From Deltaproteobacteria bacterium (GTDB taxonomy: Bacteria > Desulfobacterota > Syntrophia > Syntrophales > UBA2210), in the NCBI GenBank assembly GCA_026388515.1, contig JAPLJO010000040.1, positions 1,825 to 65,824 on the forward strand: DNA of 64,000 nt, given 5' to 3'. Positions 15,447-26,053 of the stretch are shown here, piece by piece. Below the pieces are notes generated by a model, which was not told the origin of the DNA, did not search any database, and saw nothing but the letters and a program-made list of their open reading frames with translations. Position numbers and translations under genes: made by a program. How positions within the stretch are numbered: the stretch's first letter is position 1; each line of letters begins with the position of its first letter.

Positions 15447-17843
15447 ATGCATCTTCAGGAAGGAACAGTGCTTCATGAATGGGATGTACAGACTCCCCCA
15501 CGCGGGGAAAGCCTGCGGTTTACGGCAATCAAACATCAGCTTCTTTCCACCCCCATACATCTCTGCAGTGAACGTGCGGAACTGATTACCGACTATTTCA
15601 AGCATTATGATGACCGCACCAAGCCGATGATTATCAGGAAGGCCCGGGCACTCCGCCATCTTCTTTCACGCAAGTCCGTGAAGATATTTCCCGATGAACT
15701 TATCGTCGGCAACGTCGGTGGTTACAGAAAGTCCGCCATCATACAGCCGGAACTTGCCGGCGTCATCATGGGCGAAGAACTTCTCTGGATCAACCGCAGA
15801 AAAACAAATCCCTTTCCGATGCCGTGGAATGCGAGGTTACGGTTGTTTTTCAGTGTGTTTCCCTACTGGTATTTCAGAAACATGGCATTCCGGGCGTTTG
15901 CCGGCAGACGCCGCTTGTACCACTTTGCAAGATATCTTTTCGAACAGCTGAACGCCACGTACTACCTTATCAACGAAGCGGGCGGCATCGGGCATTTTCT
16001 TCCTCACTACGAGAAAATGATTACCATTGGCGTCAAGGGATACGTGAAAGAGCTGGGAGACAGGCAGGAAGATCTCCACCGGGCGGCGAAAATTGCCTGT
16101 GAAGGCCTCGTTGAATATGCGCAAAGGCTTGGCGCTGAGGCGGGTCGTCTCTCGCTTCAGGAGAAAGACCCGGTGAGGGCGGAAGAACTCGGGGAAATGG
16201 CCCGGATATGCGCAAAGGTGCCCCGTGAGCCCGCGGAAACGTTCCATGAAGCCGTTCAGTCGCTCTGGCTCACCCATATGGCAGTCTGCCTGGAAGGTAT
16301 CAATTCAGCGGTCTCTTTTGGACGAATCGACCAGTACCTCTATCCTTTTTACGCGCGCGACATTGAAGCGGGAATCATCACGAAGGAAAGGGCACGCGAA
16401 ATACTGCTGTCCTTTTCGGCGAAGACAACCGAGCACGTATTTCTGATGTCCGGACGGACAAGCGAATACCATGGTGGTTATCTCGTCGCACAGGCCGCCA
16501 CTGTGGGAGGAATGGACCGCGAGGGTAATGACGCGGTCAACGAACTCACCTATCTTTTCCTCGACGTGATGGAAGAGGCGGGACTGCGGGACCCCAATTA
16601 CCTTGCCAGGGTTCACCGGAATTCGCCTGTTGAATACGTGCGCAGGGTTGCCGAAGTGGCGAAAAAAGGAAATGCCGTTCCCGCGATTTTCAATGACGAT
16701 GTCACAATACCTGCTCTCGTGCGTCATGGCTGCCCCATCGGGGAAGCCCGTGACTATGGACTCGTCGGGTGCGTGGAGCCGACACTTCCGGGAAAGAGCT
16801 TTTTCTCCACCGATGCGGCGCTCTTTAATCTTCCGTTATGCCTCCTGCTCACGCTCAATGGGGGAAGAATGCCGGGTCGGATGACGCGTGTCGGTGCGAA
16901 GACGGCTGACAGATCAACCTTCACAGATATGGATGAGATTATGGATGCGTTTCGCGTGCAGGTTGAACACATGGTCCGGCGCCTTATCGACGATATCCGC
17001 ATTATCGAAGAAGGAAACCGGGACTATCACCCCACGCCTTTTTCTTCGATGCTCGTCGAAGGTTGTGCGACATCGGGCAGGGACGTCACTGCGGGGGGCG
17101 CCCTCTTCAATTCAAGCGGCATTCAGGGAGTCGGCGTGGCTGACACTGCGGATTCACTTGCGGCGATAGACGAGCTTGTATTTCGAACCAGAAAATACAC
17201 ACTGGATGAAATCAACGCAGCATTGCAGCGGAATTTCAAAGGAAACGAGCCGCTCCGCCGCGAGCTCTTTAATGCACCAAAGTTTGGAAACAACAATCCG
17301 CTTCCGGATGCCTATGCAAGCCGTGTCGTCAAAATCTTCCACGACGCGCTGACGCAGTATCGTAACACTCGGGGTGGTGTCTACGTATCGGGATTTTATT
17401 CGTCGACCTCGCACGTGGGATTCGGCAAAAGAACAGGTGCACTGCCGAGCGGCAGGAGAGCCGGCGAGCCTTTCGCGGCGAGCCTTGGAGCGGCACACGG
17501 GGCCGATAGAACAGGAACTACGGCGCTTCTCAATTCCGTGGCTCAGATCGATTCCACCCTTGCTCCGAACGGCTATGCCCTGAATCTGCGTTTTGACCCC
17601 GCCATGGTGTCCGGTGAACGGGGAGTGAACATCCTGACCTCGCTGATGAGAGGATTCTTCGAGTCCGGCGGTATGGAAATGCAGCTCAACGTAATTGATC
17701 CGGACATGCTTGAGGACGCCTGTGCGAATCCCGGGAAATATCCCGGCATCGTGGTCAGGGTTGCCGGCTACTGCGCCTATTTTGACGATTTACCCGTGTC
17801 CGTGAAGAAGGAAATCATTTCGAGAACGAGACTCTCGATATAA
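15447..17843 (+). CDS. Glycyl-radical enzyme, PFL2/glycerol-dehydratase-like family (substrate unknown)
   Basis: C-terminal glycyl-radical motif VVRVAGYCAYFDDL and Cys loop LVGCVEPTLPGKSF. It is 798 aa with a GGGAGG RBS. Confidence 0.9.
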   Translation: MHLQEGTVLHEWDVQTPPRGESLRFTAIKHQLLSTPIHLCSERAELITDYFKHYDDRTKPMIIRKARALRHLLSRKSVKIFPDELIVGNVGGYRKSAIIQPELAGVIMGEELLWINRRKTNPFPMPWNARLRLFFSVFPYWYFRNMAFRAFAGRRRLYHFARYLFEQLNATYYLINEAGGIGHFLPHYEKMITIGVKGYVKELGDRQEDLHRAAKIACEGLVEYAQRLGAEAGRLSLQEKDPVRAEELGEMARICAKVPREPAETFHEAVQSLWLTHMAVCLEGINSAVSFGRIDQYLYPFYARDIEAGIITKERAREILLSFSAKTTEHVFLMSGRTSEYHGGYLVAQAATVGGMDREGNDAVNELTYLFLDVMEEAGLRDPNYLARVHRNSPVEYVRRVAEVAKKGNAVPAIFNDDVTIPALVRHGCPIGEARDYGLVGCVEPTLPGKSFFSTDAALFNLPLCLLLTLNGGRMPGRMTRVGAKTADRSTFTDMDEIMDAFRVQVEHMVRRLIDDIRIIEEGNRDYHPTPFSSMLVEGCATSGRDVTAGGALFNSSGIQGVGVADTADSLAAIDELVFRTRKYTLDEINAALQRNFKGNEPLRRELFNAPKFGNNNPLPDAYASRVVKIFHDALTQYRNTRGGVYVSGFYSSTSHVGFGKRTGALPSGRRAGEPFAASLGAAHGADRTGTTALLNSVAQIDSTLAPNGYALNLRFDPAMVSGERGVNILTSLMRGFFESGGMEMQLNVIDPDMLEDACANPGKYPGIVVRVAGYCAYFDDLPVSVKKEIISRTRLSI

Positions 17844-17966
17844 TTACCGTGACTTCATACAGGGTATATCGTCATATCGTATACATTCCCGTGAACCACA
17901 TCATGCCGGATTATTACCATGAGGAAGTGCGTGATTCGATAATCACTCTGCCGGAGGGAATTGCAT

Positions 17967-18251
17967 ATGCGGATTCTCATGCTGGAAAAAATAGGGACCA
18001 CACTCTTCGGTTGTATTGACGACGGCGTTCACTATCATGTGATTTCAGTGGAGAGGGGCGGGGTCCTTTCGGTTGAAAAAAGTTATTACAGTGGGAATTA
18101 TAAGAGTTACGAAGATTTCGTTTTCTGTTTTGCGGAAACGGAACCCGCGGCGTATTTTCTTGAAAGCCCCGTGACTGTCGGTGCATCCCGGTTGGACGAT
18201 TTAAACTATGAGTATCTGCTCGCGGTCTGGGAACAGATATGGATGGCGTAG
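17967..18251 (+). CDS. Hypothetical protein
   Basis: GGAGGGA RBS sits 8 nt upstream of the ATG at 17967. No recognisable motifs. Confidence 0.4.
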   Translation: MRILMLEKIGTTLFGCIDDGVHYHVISVERGGVLSVEKSYYSGNYKSYEDFVFCFAETEPAAYFLESPVTVGASRLDDLNYEYLLAVWEQIWMA

Positions 18252-18301
18252 CCGGTGAAACATGACGCGTCACATGACGTGTTCACTTCACGCGCTGTCC
18301 G

Positions 18302-19117
18302 TCAGAAAGAGTGAGCATCAGAAGGGAACTTTTCTTTTTTTACTTCCTCGATATACTGAGAAAAGGCCCGTCGCATTTCCTTGCCGAGTTCGGCATATCG
18401 TTTCACGAATTTTGTGGTGAACATATCGAACATGCCCAGCATGTCGTTCACCACAAGCACCTGTCCGTCGCACTGCACTCCCGCGCCGATTCCGATGGTG
18501 GGAATGGTGAGAGATGATGTTATTTCCTTTGCGAGTGAGGCGGGAACACATTCGAGTACAAGAGAAAATGCACCTGCTTGCTCGAGAATCTTTGCATCAT
18601 CGAGAATCCTCCGCGCCGCACTTTTATCCTTGCCCTGCACCCGGTATCCGCCGAGCTGATGGACGGATTGGGGGGTGAGACCAAGATGGCCCATTACGGG
18701 GATCCCGGACTCGACGATTTTCCTGACGTTTTCCGCCATCTCCCTGCCGCCTTCGAGCTTCACCCCGTGGGCGCCGGCCTCCTTCATGAATCGTCCCGCG
18801 TTGGTGAGTGCGTGCTCCACCGAAACCTGATATGACATGAACGGCATGTCGCCGATTACCATGGCACGCTTGGTTCCGCGGGTGACCGCCTTCGTATGGT
18901 GAATCATTTCATCCATGGTGACGGGAAGGGTGCTCTCATAGCCCATCACCACCATGCCAAGGGAATCGCCCACGAGGATGATGTCGATACCCGCCTCGTC
19001 CATAAGCGAAGCGGTGACAAAGTCGTAGGCGGTGAGCATGGTAATCTTGTCTCCCGTTTTCTTCATCTGCCTCACTGACATGGTGGTGACTTTCGGCATA
19101 GTGCCCTGTTTACTCAT
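18302..19117 (-). CDS. panB: 3-methyl-2-oxobutanoate hydroxymethyltransferase
   Basis: The motifs [28 protein letters not shown] and GVKLEGG are typical of PanB. Confidence 0.9.
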   Translation of the reverse strand: MSKQGTMPKVTTMSVRQMKKTGDKITMLTAYDFVTASLMDEAGIDIILVGDSLGMVVMGYESTLPVTMDEMIHHTKAVTRGTKRAMVIGDMPFMSYQVSVEHALTNAGRFMKEAGAHGVKLEGGREMAENVRKIVESGIPVMGHLGLTPQSVHQLGGYRVQGKDKSAARRILDDAKILEQAGAFSLVLECVPASLAKEITSSLTIPTIGIGAGVQCDGQVLVVNDMLGMFDMFTTKFVKRYAELGKEMRRAFSQYIEEVKKEKFPSDAHSF

Positions 19118-19997
19118 GTGGTGTGGTTCCTTTCAGTAATGAAATGAGTGCCCGTGCCTTCTGGTCGGACACAAGGTCATTTTCCAGGCCGAGGCGGGTC
19201 GTAAAGATGCCCATCTCACGGTAGAGTTGAGAAAGCCAGGGCAGTTTCGCATCAATCGCCGCAAGGTGCTTTTCAATCGTTCCCACGTCGCCGCGTGCAA
19301 TCGGTCCCGTGAGTGAGTGTTCAACCCCCCTGTGTTCGATGTTATTGATGGTTCCCCTGACGAGGGGCCAGAAGGATTTTACCGCATCATCGCCGCGAAG
19401 TCCGAGGTGCTGGTGAATCGAACGGACGAGATAGATGAGCGTCACGAGATAGTTCGATGCAATGCACGCGGCCGCGTGGTAGAGGGGTTTATCTTCATCG
19501 GGAACGAAGAAAAACGTGCCGCCGAGATCGCGCACAATTTGAATGGTCCAGGATTCAATCTCCTTTTGTGCCGTGATTCCGAATGTGCTTCCGGGAATAT
19601 TTTCAATGGCGCCCCGCACGTCGGCAAATGACTGGAGGGGATGAATGCTTGCCACATATGCTCCGGACTGTCGTGCGGCTTCGAGAAGATCAAGACCACC
19701 CGCACCGCTCGCATGCACTACTCTTTTCCCGGGCGAAAAAACTCCCTTTCCGGCCATCTCATCGCACACCGCCTTGATGGCATCGTCAGTGGTGGTGATA
19801 AACACCGAATCGGCGTGTGCGGCGGCGGAGGCGGCGTCCGTGCAGGGAAGGCCCCCTGTATATAAAATGCCGGATCGAAGCGCTTCAGCCGAGCAGTCGG
19901 ATACGGCGACGATATCATGGCCTGCCGACCTGAGTAAGAAGCCGAGGGCGCTTCCGACTTTTCCGAGACCTATTATCGCGATTCTGTCTTTTTCCAT
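19110..19997 (-). CDS. Rossmann-fold / DUF2520-type oxidoreductase, putative PanG-type ketopantoate reductase
   Basis: N-terminal [17 protein letters not shown] dinucleotide fold. Its stop overlaps the panB start by 8 nt. I recall this family being annotated as the alternative ketopantoate reductase PanG in pan operons. Confidence 0.55.
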   Translation of the reverse strand: MEKDRIAIIGLGKVGSALGFLLRSAGHDIVAVSDCSAEALRSGILYTGGLPCTDAASAAAHADSVFITTTDDAIKAVCDEMAGKGVFSPGKRVVHASGAGGLDLLEAARQSGAYVASIHPLQSFADVRGAIENIPGSTFGITAQKEIESWTIQIVRDLGGTFFFVPDEDKPLYHAAACIASNYLVTLIYLVRSIHQHLGLRGDDAVKSFWPLVRGTINNIEHRGVEHSLTGPIARGDVGTIEKHLAAIDAKLPWLSQLYREMGIFTTRLGLENDLVSDQKARALISLLKGTTPHE

Positions 19998-20257
19998 TGC
20001 GGCGCCTGAAAAAACAAAAGACCCCCCCGCGTCTATCGGAAAGGCCTCCGGTTTTCATATGAATCTGTGCTGACCATTCCGTCTCAGTCCTTCAGCGGAT
20101 CCAAGCGGTGGCGAAGGACTATCACAGCGGTGGTGCGGTTGTCAATAATGATTCTCACCGCACCTATCCTTTTGATTCTTGTATTTTTATACCCTGATAG
20201 TGTAGTGAGAAAGAAATTCAGCAATAGAAGTTTCTGAAACGTGCACGGGAAGGCGAC

Positions 20258-20908
20258 ATGAGGGAAATTGATCTCATGATATTTGATTTTGACGGGACGC
20301 TCGTGGATTCAGGCAATGACTTGGCGGAGGCGGTGAATCACTCGCTCAGGATGCTCAATTTACCCGTCTGTGAAGAAGAGGAAATCCTTCATTTTATCGG
20401 CGACGGTGTGGCGAAATTAATCGAACGATCGCTGGGCGAAGGCAACATGCACCGTTTTGCCGAGGCGTTACAAATCTTCATGGATTATTATGATGCCCAT
20501 CTTCTTGATACTACGCGTCTCTACCCCGGCGTTCCTGAGGTGCTCGAGTACTATGGTAATACAAGGAAAGTGATTCTCACCAACAAACGGTCGAGATTCA
20601 CGGAGAGGATTGCCCGCGCACTCGATATCACACGCTTCTTTGACGGTATTTTCTGTCCGGATACCTGCCCCTGCACGAAACCGGATCCGCGTTGTGTGGG
20701 ATGGCTCCTCGGTACGTTAAAGACCCCGTGTGAGTATGGAAAAATTGTGATTATCGGAGACGGGGTAAACGATGTACTGCTCGCACAAAACTCCGGCATC
20801 GTAAGCTGTGCACTTTTTTGCGGATATACCGAAAGGGAGACTCTCATGGCGCTCGCGCCTGATTACTGCTGTGATAAAATTGATGAAGTGGAAAGGTTCT
20901 TTATCTGA
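20258..20908 (+). CDS. HAD-superfamily hydrolase (phosphoglycolate phosphatase-like)
   Basis: Motif I is IFDFDGTLVDS, with later TNK and GDGVNDV motifs. Confidence 0.75.
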   Translation: MREIDLMIFDFDGTLVDSGNDLAEAVNHSLRMLNLPVCEEEEILHFIGDGVAKLIERSLGEGNMHRFAEALQIFMDYYDAHLLDTTRLYPGVPEVLEYYGNTRKVILTNKRSRFTERIARALDITRFFDGIFCPDTCPCTKPDPRCVGWLLGTLKTPCEYGKIVIIGDGVNDVLLAQNSGIVSCALFCGYTERETLMALAPDYCCDKIDEVERFFI

Positions 20909-20965
20909 CGGCAGGCATGACGGTTCCTGTACTTTACGTGAGCAATAGTATGAGAATGGTTGCCA

Positions 20966-22375
20966 ATGCGTGACAGGGTTAAAAAGACGATCGAACGATA
21001 CCGGATGCTTGAGAAAGGCGACCGTGTGGGAATCGCCGTTTCAGGAGGTCCGGACTCGGTTGCGTTATTGAAAGTTCTCCACGAGCTTCGTCATTCCGGC
21101 GGGCTCTCGCTTGTTGTCCTGCATCTGAATCACTGTATCAGGGGGGAGGAATCAGACCATGATGCGGCCTTCGTTAGTTCTCTGGGAGCGCAACTCGTAA
21201 TTCCCGTGGAAGTGAAGACGGTATCAATCCCGCAGTTAAAGCGGCGCGTCAAAGGATCAATTGAAGAAATCGCACGAAACGAACGGTATGCATTTTTCCG
21301 GAATGCCGCCGACACGCATCATCTTACGAAAGTTGCCTTGGGACATACACTCAATGACCAGGTCGAAACCGTGCTCATTAATATTATGAGGGGAAGCGGA
21401 CCCGAAGGATTGCGTGGAATGCTCCCGGTCCGGGACGGCATCTTCATCCGCCCTCTCATCGAATCCACGAGAGAGGAGGTGCTGGCATTTCTTCAGAAGG
21501 AAGGGCTTGCCTGTACCACCGACGCCACCAATGAGAGTGACGAGTATCTCAGAAACAGGGTGCGGCATTTTCTCATTCCCGAGCTTGAGCGTACCTTCGA
21601 CCGGCATGTCACCGGAAACATCAGCCGTATGGCGGAAATCATACGTTATGAAGACGAGTATATGAAAAAAGCCGCGATGGATACACTGAACACATGGGGG
21701 ATTATAACGGGCGCGCATGAATACCGGATGAATGTTACCCTGCTCCGCGGGCTCCATGTGGCACTTGTGCGGCGTATGGTGAAGGCCCTGCTTGAAGAAC
21801 TGAGCTCCGGAAACAATGGAATTGAATACCGCCATGTTCAGGAAGTGATTGATCTCATCGAGAGCGGGAGGCCCTGCGGTGTGGTGAGCCTTCCTTTTTC
21901 CATCACCGCAGCACGCGACTATGACATGATTCACATCTCAAGGGGTCGGACGGATGACAGTACGAGGAGGTGTTCGTCCAGGACGCAGACCGCTCGGGCA
22001 TTTACCTATCCTGTCACGATACCGGGCTCTGTTGAAATCAGTGAGACAGGCGACGAAATCCGGTTCAGTTTTGTCACTCCCGAAGAAGTGCATTTCGAGC
22101 GCGGAATGCAGGCGTTCATGAATTATGATGCCCTCACGCCGCCTCTTTCGGTGAGAAACGTGCGCGAGGGAGATCGGATTCAGCCGCTGGGTATGAAGGG
22201 CTATAAAAAATTGAAGTCCCTTTTCATCGACGAAAAAATACCCTGGAGAAAAAGAAAGATCATACCCCTCGTCGCGGACAGTCATTCGGTGGTATGGATT
22301 CCGGGTGTGAGACTGAGCGAGCGGGTCAGGATTACCGATGCAACGGAAAGAGTGGTAAAAGTGGAAGTTATTTGA
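20966..22375 (+). CDS. tilS: tRNA(Ile)-lysidine synthetase
   Basis: PP-loop SGGPDSVALL, HLNHCIRG and a C-terminal TilS substrate-binding-like tail. It sits upstream of ftsH, as in many bacteria. Confidence 0.85.
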   Translation: MRDRVKKTIERYRMLEKGDRVGIAVSGGPDSVALLKVLHELRHSGGLSLVVLHLNHCIRGEESDHDAAFVSSLGAQLVIPVEVKTVSIPQLKRRVKGSIEEIARNERYAFFRNAADTHHLTKVALGHTLNDQVETVLINIMRGSGPEGLRGMLPVRDGIFIRPLIESTREEVLAFLQKEGLACTTDATNESDEYLRNRVRHFLIPELERTFDRHVTGNISRMAEIIRYEDEYMKKAAMDTLNTWGIITGAHEYRMNVTLLRGLHVALVRRMVKALLEELSSGNNGIEYRHVQEVIDLIESGRPCGVVSLPFSITAARDYDMIHISRGRTDDSTRRCSSRTQTARAFTYPVTIPGSVEISETGDEIRFSFVTPEEVHFERGMQAFMNYDALTPPLSVRNVREGDRIQPLGMKGYKKLKSLFIDEKIPWRKRKIIPLVADSHSVVWIPGVRLSERVRITDATERVVKVEVI

Positions 22376-22462
22376 TAAGTGTAGAAGCCATTCATTACCG
22401 ATGCATTATGTCATATTTCGGTACCGCGCAGATGTCGTGCGGGGCAGGGAGACGGGAATCAG

Positions 22463-24319
22463 GTGAATCAGTTACAGAAAAATATCGCACTCTGGATTGT
22501 CATCAGCCTCATCTTCATACTTCTTTTCCATATGTTTAATCAACCACGCGGAAAGAGTGAAGAAATCGTCTACAGTGACTTTATAAGTCATGTCGAGAAG
22601 GGGAGGGTGGCCGAAGTTACCATCCAGGGAGAAAACATAGAAGGCCGTTACGGTGACGGTAAGAATTTCAAGACCTACATTCCCCAGGATGCGGCGCTTG
22701 TGCCGCTCTTGAAGGAAAAGGGAGTGAAAATCGCGGTTAAACCGTCGGAGTCCAATCCCTGGTACATGACGGTCCTCATCTCATGGTTGCCGATAATCCT
22801 GCTCATCGGCGTGTGGATATTCTTCATGAGGCAGATGCAGTCAGGCGGCGGCAAGGCGATGGCCTTTGGCAAAAGCCGCGCAAAATTAATGACCGACAAG
22901 ACAAAGAAAGTCACCTTTGACGACGTGGCGGGCATTGATGAGGCAAAAGAAGAGTTGCAGGAAATAGTGGATTTTTTAAAAGACCCGAAAAAGTTTACCA
23001 AGTTAGGAGGGAGAATTCCGAAAGGGGTGCTGCTCGTAGGCCCTCCGGGTACCGGTAAGACGCTTCTTGCGAGGGCGATTGCAGGCGAGGCCGAAGTGCC
23101 GTTTATGAGCATCAGCGGTTCCGATTTCGTAGAGATGTTCGTCGGTGTGGGAGCGTCGCGCGTGAGGGATCTTTTCAACCAGGGGAAAAAGAACGCACCC
23201 TGCATAATCTTTATAGATGAACTCGATGCGGTGGGCCGCCATCGCGGTGCGGGACTTGGGGGAGGACATGACGAGCGGGAACAGACTTTGAATCAAATGC
23301 TCGTCGAAATGGATGGTTTCGAAACGAATGAGGGTGTCATCCTCATGTCGGCGACGAACCGCCCCGATGTGCTTGATCCCGCGCTTCTGCGACCGGGGAG
23401 ATTCGACCGCCTGGTGATGGTCGCCCTTCCCGATATCAGAGGACGGGAAAAAATATTTCGGGTTCACGTGAAGAAAGTGCCTCTCGGCAAAGATGTTGAT
23501 CTTATGGTTCTGGCAAGGGGCACGCCTGGTTTTTCAGGGGCCGATATAGAGAATCTCGTCAATGAGGCGGCATTGAGCGCGTCGAGACTCAACAAGAACG
23601 CCGTCGAGATGTATGATTTTGAGTTTGCAAAAGATAAGGTTCTCATGGGAACCGAACGAAGAAGTCTGGTCATCAGCGATCAGGAGAAACGAAACACCGC
23701 CTATCACGAAGCGGGTCATGCACTGGTGGCCAAACTGATACCGGGAACCGATCCGATTCACAAGGTGACCATCATACCGCGCGGCAGGGCGCTCGGGTTG
23801 ACCCAGCAGCTGCCCGTCGATGAAAAACACACCTATCCACGGCAGTACCTGATCAACAATATTACCATTCTTCTCGGGGGACGGGCCGCCGAGGAGCTCG
23901 TACTCAAAGATCTCACGACGGGATCGGGCAATGACATCGAACGGGCCACGGAGCTCGCGAGGAAAATGGTATGCGAATGGGGGATGAGCCAGATGATGGG
24001 ACCCCTCACCTACGGAAAGAAGGAAGAACAGATATTTCTGGGGAGGGAAATCGCGCGCCATAAGGATTACAGCGAAGAGACCGCCAAGATGATCGATAAG
24101 GAAGTTTCACGCATAGTGACTGAAAACTATGAAAGGGCAAAGACGGCACTCACTGAAAATATCGAGGTGCTTCACAAAGTGGCGGAGGAACTGCTCTTGA
24201 AGGAAGTCCTCAATGCCGATGAACTGGACGCGATACTACTCAGCGCGCGAAGTGCCGGCGAAACGCCACACGATCAACCCCACGGGCCTGCAATGGAGGA
24301 GAAACAGGTTTCAAACTGA
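22463..24319 (+). CDS. ftsH: ATP-dependent zinc metalloprotease FtsH
   Basis: It has two N-terminal TM segments, Walker [12 protein letters not shown], the SRH region and zinc motif HEAGHAL. Confidence 0.95.
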   Translation: MNQLQKNIALWIVISLIFILLFHMFNQPRGKSEEIVYSDFISHVEKGRVAEVTIQGENIEGRYGDGKNFKTYIPQDAALVPLLKEKGVKIAVKPSESNPWYMTVLISWLPIILLIGVWIFFMRQMQSGGGKAMAFGKSRAKLMTDKTKKVTFDDVAGIDEAKEELQEIVDFLKDPKKFTKLGGRIPKGVLLVGPPGTGKTLLARAIAGEAEVPFMSISGSDFVEMFVGVGASRVRDLFNQGKKNAPCIIFIDELDAVGRHRGAGLGGGHDEREQTLNQMLVEMDGFETNEGVILMSATNRPDVLDPALLRPGRFDRLVMVALPDIRGREKIFRVHVKKVPLGKDVDLMVLARGTPGFSGADIENLVNEAALSASRLNKNAVEMYDFEFAKDKVLMGTERRSLVISDQEKRNTAYHEAGHALVAKLIPGTDPIHKVTIIPRGRALGLTQQLPVDEKHTYPRQYLINNITILLGGRAAEELVLKDLTTGSGNDIERATELARKMVCEWGMSQMMGPLTYGKKEEQIFLGREIARHKDYSEETAKMIDKEVSRIVTENYERAKTALTENIEVLHKVAEELLLKEVLNADELDAILLSARSAGETPHDQPHGPAMEEKQVSN

Positions 24320-24425
24320 GTACTGTACGAGCTCTTCATGTGCCCGTTCTCCATATTTTTCCCCACCGGCAGTATCATTCTTGTCATACTAATTGAGGCA
24401 CCTGCAGAAAGGGAAAGAGCAGTAT

Positions 24426-25619
24426 ATGAGACACCTGCATATTGCAACAGCCGAAGAAGGTGAAAAAGAACTGATACGGATAGGCGTCGATCCTTACGGT
24501 ATCGAAACCATGGTTCCCAAGATGGAGAAGTTTAACCTTTTACTTGAAGATATCGTGTGTAAGGTCGCGAATATACTGAAACAGGAAGCGCTATCGGTCG
24601 GGGGTGATGTTGCAGTCGCACGGGGGGCAGTAGATTGCAGTGTCGAGAGGACTGATGCACTGATAATCGGTAACGTGAAACAGATGAGGGCACTTGCGCA
24701 AAAGCTCTCCATCCAGCCTTTCGGGTTGCGAAAGATTGCTGAAGATATCGGTACAGTCCTGAATAATCTGGCAAGGCATTCCTTTCAACTCACCACGCCG
24801 CGAAGGACCATGGAAATCGGTTCCAAGACCCTCGTCATGGGAATTCTGAATGTAACGCCTGATTCCTTTTCAGACGGGGGCCGTTTCGAAGATACTGAAG
24901 CGGCGATCGAGTTCGGTGCCGCGATGGAAGAAGCAGGTGCCGATATCATCGACGTCGGCGGGGAATCGACCCGCCCGGGGTCCTCACCGGTTTCTCAAGA
25001 GGAGGAACTGCATCGCGTTATTCCCGTGATCAGGGTTCTTGCGGGTCGTCTCGCTGTCCCAATTTCCATTGATACAAGAAAGGCAGAGGTGGCTGAAGAA
25101 GCCCTCAAGGCCGGCGCGGAAATAGTAAATGACGTCAGTGCCCTCACATTCGATGAAGAAATGAAGTCAGTCGTGGCTCACCATGGAGTACCCGTGGTGC
25201 TCATGCACATGCGGGGAACACCACTCACCATGCAGGAGGGAAGCCTTTCATACCGCTCACTCCGGGGGGACATCATCTGTTTTCTCGAGACACGTATCGC
25301 CGATGGGGAACGAGCGGGGATTCATGGGGAGCAGATTATCATCGATCCCGGACTTGGCTTCGGAAAATCGCTTGAAGACAACTTGAGAATCATTAAATAT
25401 CTGAGTGAGTTCAAAGTGCTCGGGAGACCGATTATGGTGGGTGTTTCACGAAAGCGTTTCATAGGAGGGGTGACGGGCGGTGAACCGAAGGATCGCCTTG
25501 AAGGTGCCGCCGCGGCGGTCACGGGAGCGATTATGCAGGGAGCCCACATAGTGCGGGTACACGATGTCCGTTTCATGAAGCGGGTCTCGGTCATGGTGGA
25601 TGCCCTCATGAGGTGCTGA
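24426..25619 (+). CDS. folP: Dihydropteroate synthase with about 135-aa N-terminal extension
   Basis: The core begins at LVMGILNVTPDSFSDGG, with DVGGESTRPG and GVSRKRF motifs. I chose the ATG at 24426 over the track's TTG at 24393. Confidence 0.85.
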   Translation: MRHLHIATAEEGEKELIRIGVDPYGIETMVPKMEKFNLLLEDIVCKVANILKQEALSVGGDVAVARGAVDCSVERTDALIIGNVKQMRALAQKLSIQPFGLRKIAEDIGTVLNNLARHSFQLTTPRRTMEIGSKTLVMGILNVTPDSFSDGGRFEDTEAAIEFGAAMEEAGADIIDVGGESTRPGSSPVSQEEELHRVIPVIRVLAGRLAVPISIDTRKAEVAEEALKAGAEIVNDVSALTFDEEMKSVVAHHGVPVVLMHMRGTPLTMQEGSLSYRSLRGDIICFLETRIADGERAGIHGEQIIIDPGLGFGKSLEDNLRIIKYLSEFKVLGRPIMVGVSRKRFIGGVTGGEPKDRLEGAAAAVTGAIMQGAHIVRVHDVRFMKRVSVMVDALMRC

Positions 25620-25620
25620 A

Positions 25621-26010
25621 ATGATATACGGCGTAGGCATTGATCTCGTTGAAGTGCCCCGGGTTCAAGGCATGATCGAGCGTTGGGGTGAACGATTCGT
25701 CACAAGGTGTTTTTCACCCGCAGAAATTTCATATTGCCGGCGCAGGAAGAATGCCGCGCCGCATTATGCGGCTCGTTTCGCCGTGAAAGAAGCCTTCCTG
25801 AAATGTCTCGGCATAGGAATAACAGGGGGTGTTTCAATGAGGGATGTTGCAGTGGTGCACTCGGAACGGGGGGAGCCGGAATTACAGGTGGTCGGGAAAC
25901 CCTTTGAAATGATGAAGGAGAGGGGAATATCGTCCGCCCGCGTCAGCATCTCTCATACGGATCGCTACGCCGCAGCCATAGTAACCCTTGAAATGTCGGG
26001 GGACTTCTGA
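25621..26010 (+). CDS. acpS: Holo-[acyl-carrier-protein] synthase
   Basis: GIDLVEVPR, FAVKEAFLK and ISHT motifs in a 129-aa product. Confidence 0.85.
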   Translation: MIYGVGIDLVEVPRVQGMIERWGERFVTRCFSPAEISYCRRRKNAAPHYAARFAVKEAFLKCLGIGITGGVSMRDVAVVHSERGEPELQVVGKPFEMMKERGISSARVSISHTDRYAAAIVTLEMSGDF

Positions 26011-26053
26011 TACTGGATGCTCTATTTTTCCCGTGAGTGAACACACAGGATGT

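Noticed and set aside
21257-21934. 225-aa minus-strand ORF inside tilS (similar cases: 26081-26704, 32438-33091, 34022-34483, 50893-51468, 14340-14927, 15837-16277)
   Set aside because: These ORFs are antisense to genes with strong family motifs. They have biased His/Arg/Phe-rich composition and no motifs, which is typical of shadow ORFs in moderately GC-rich DNA.
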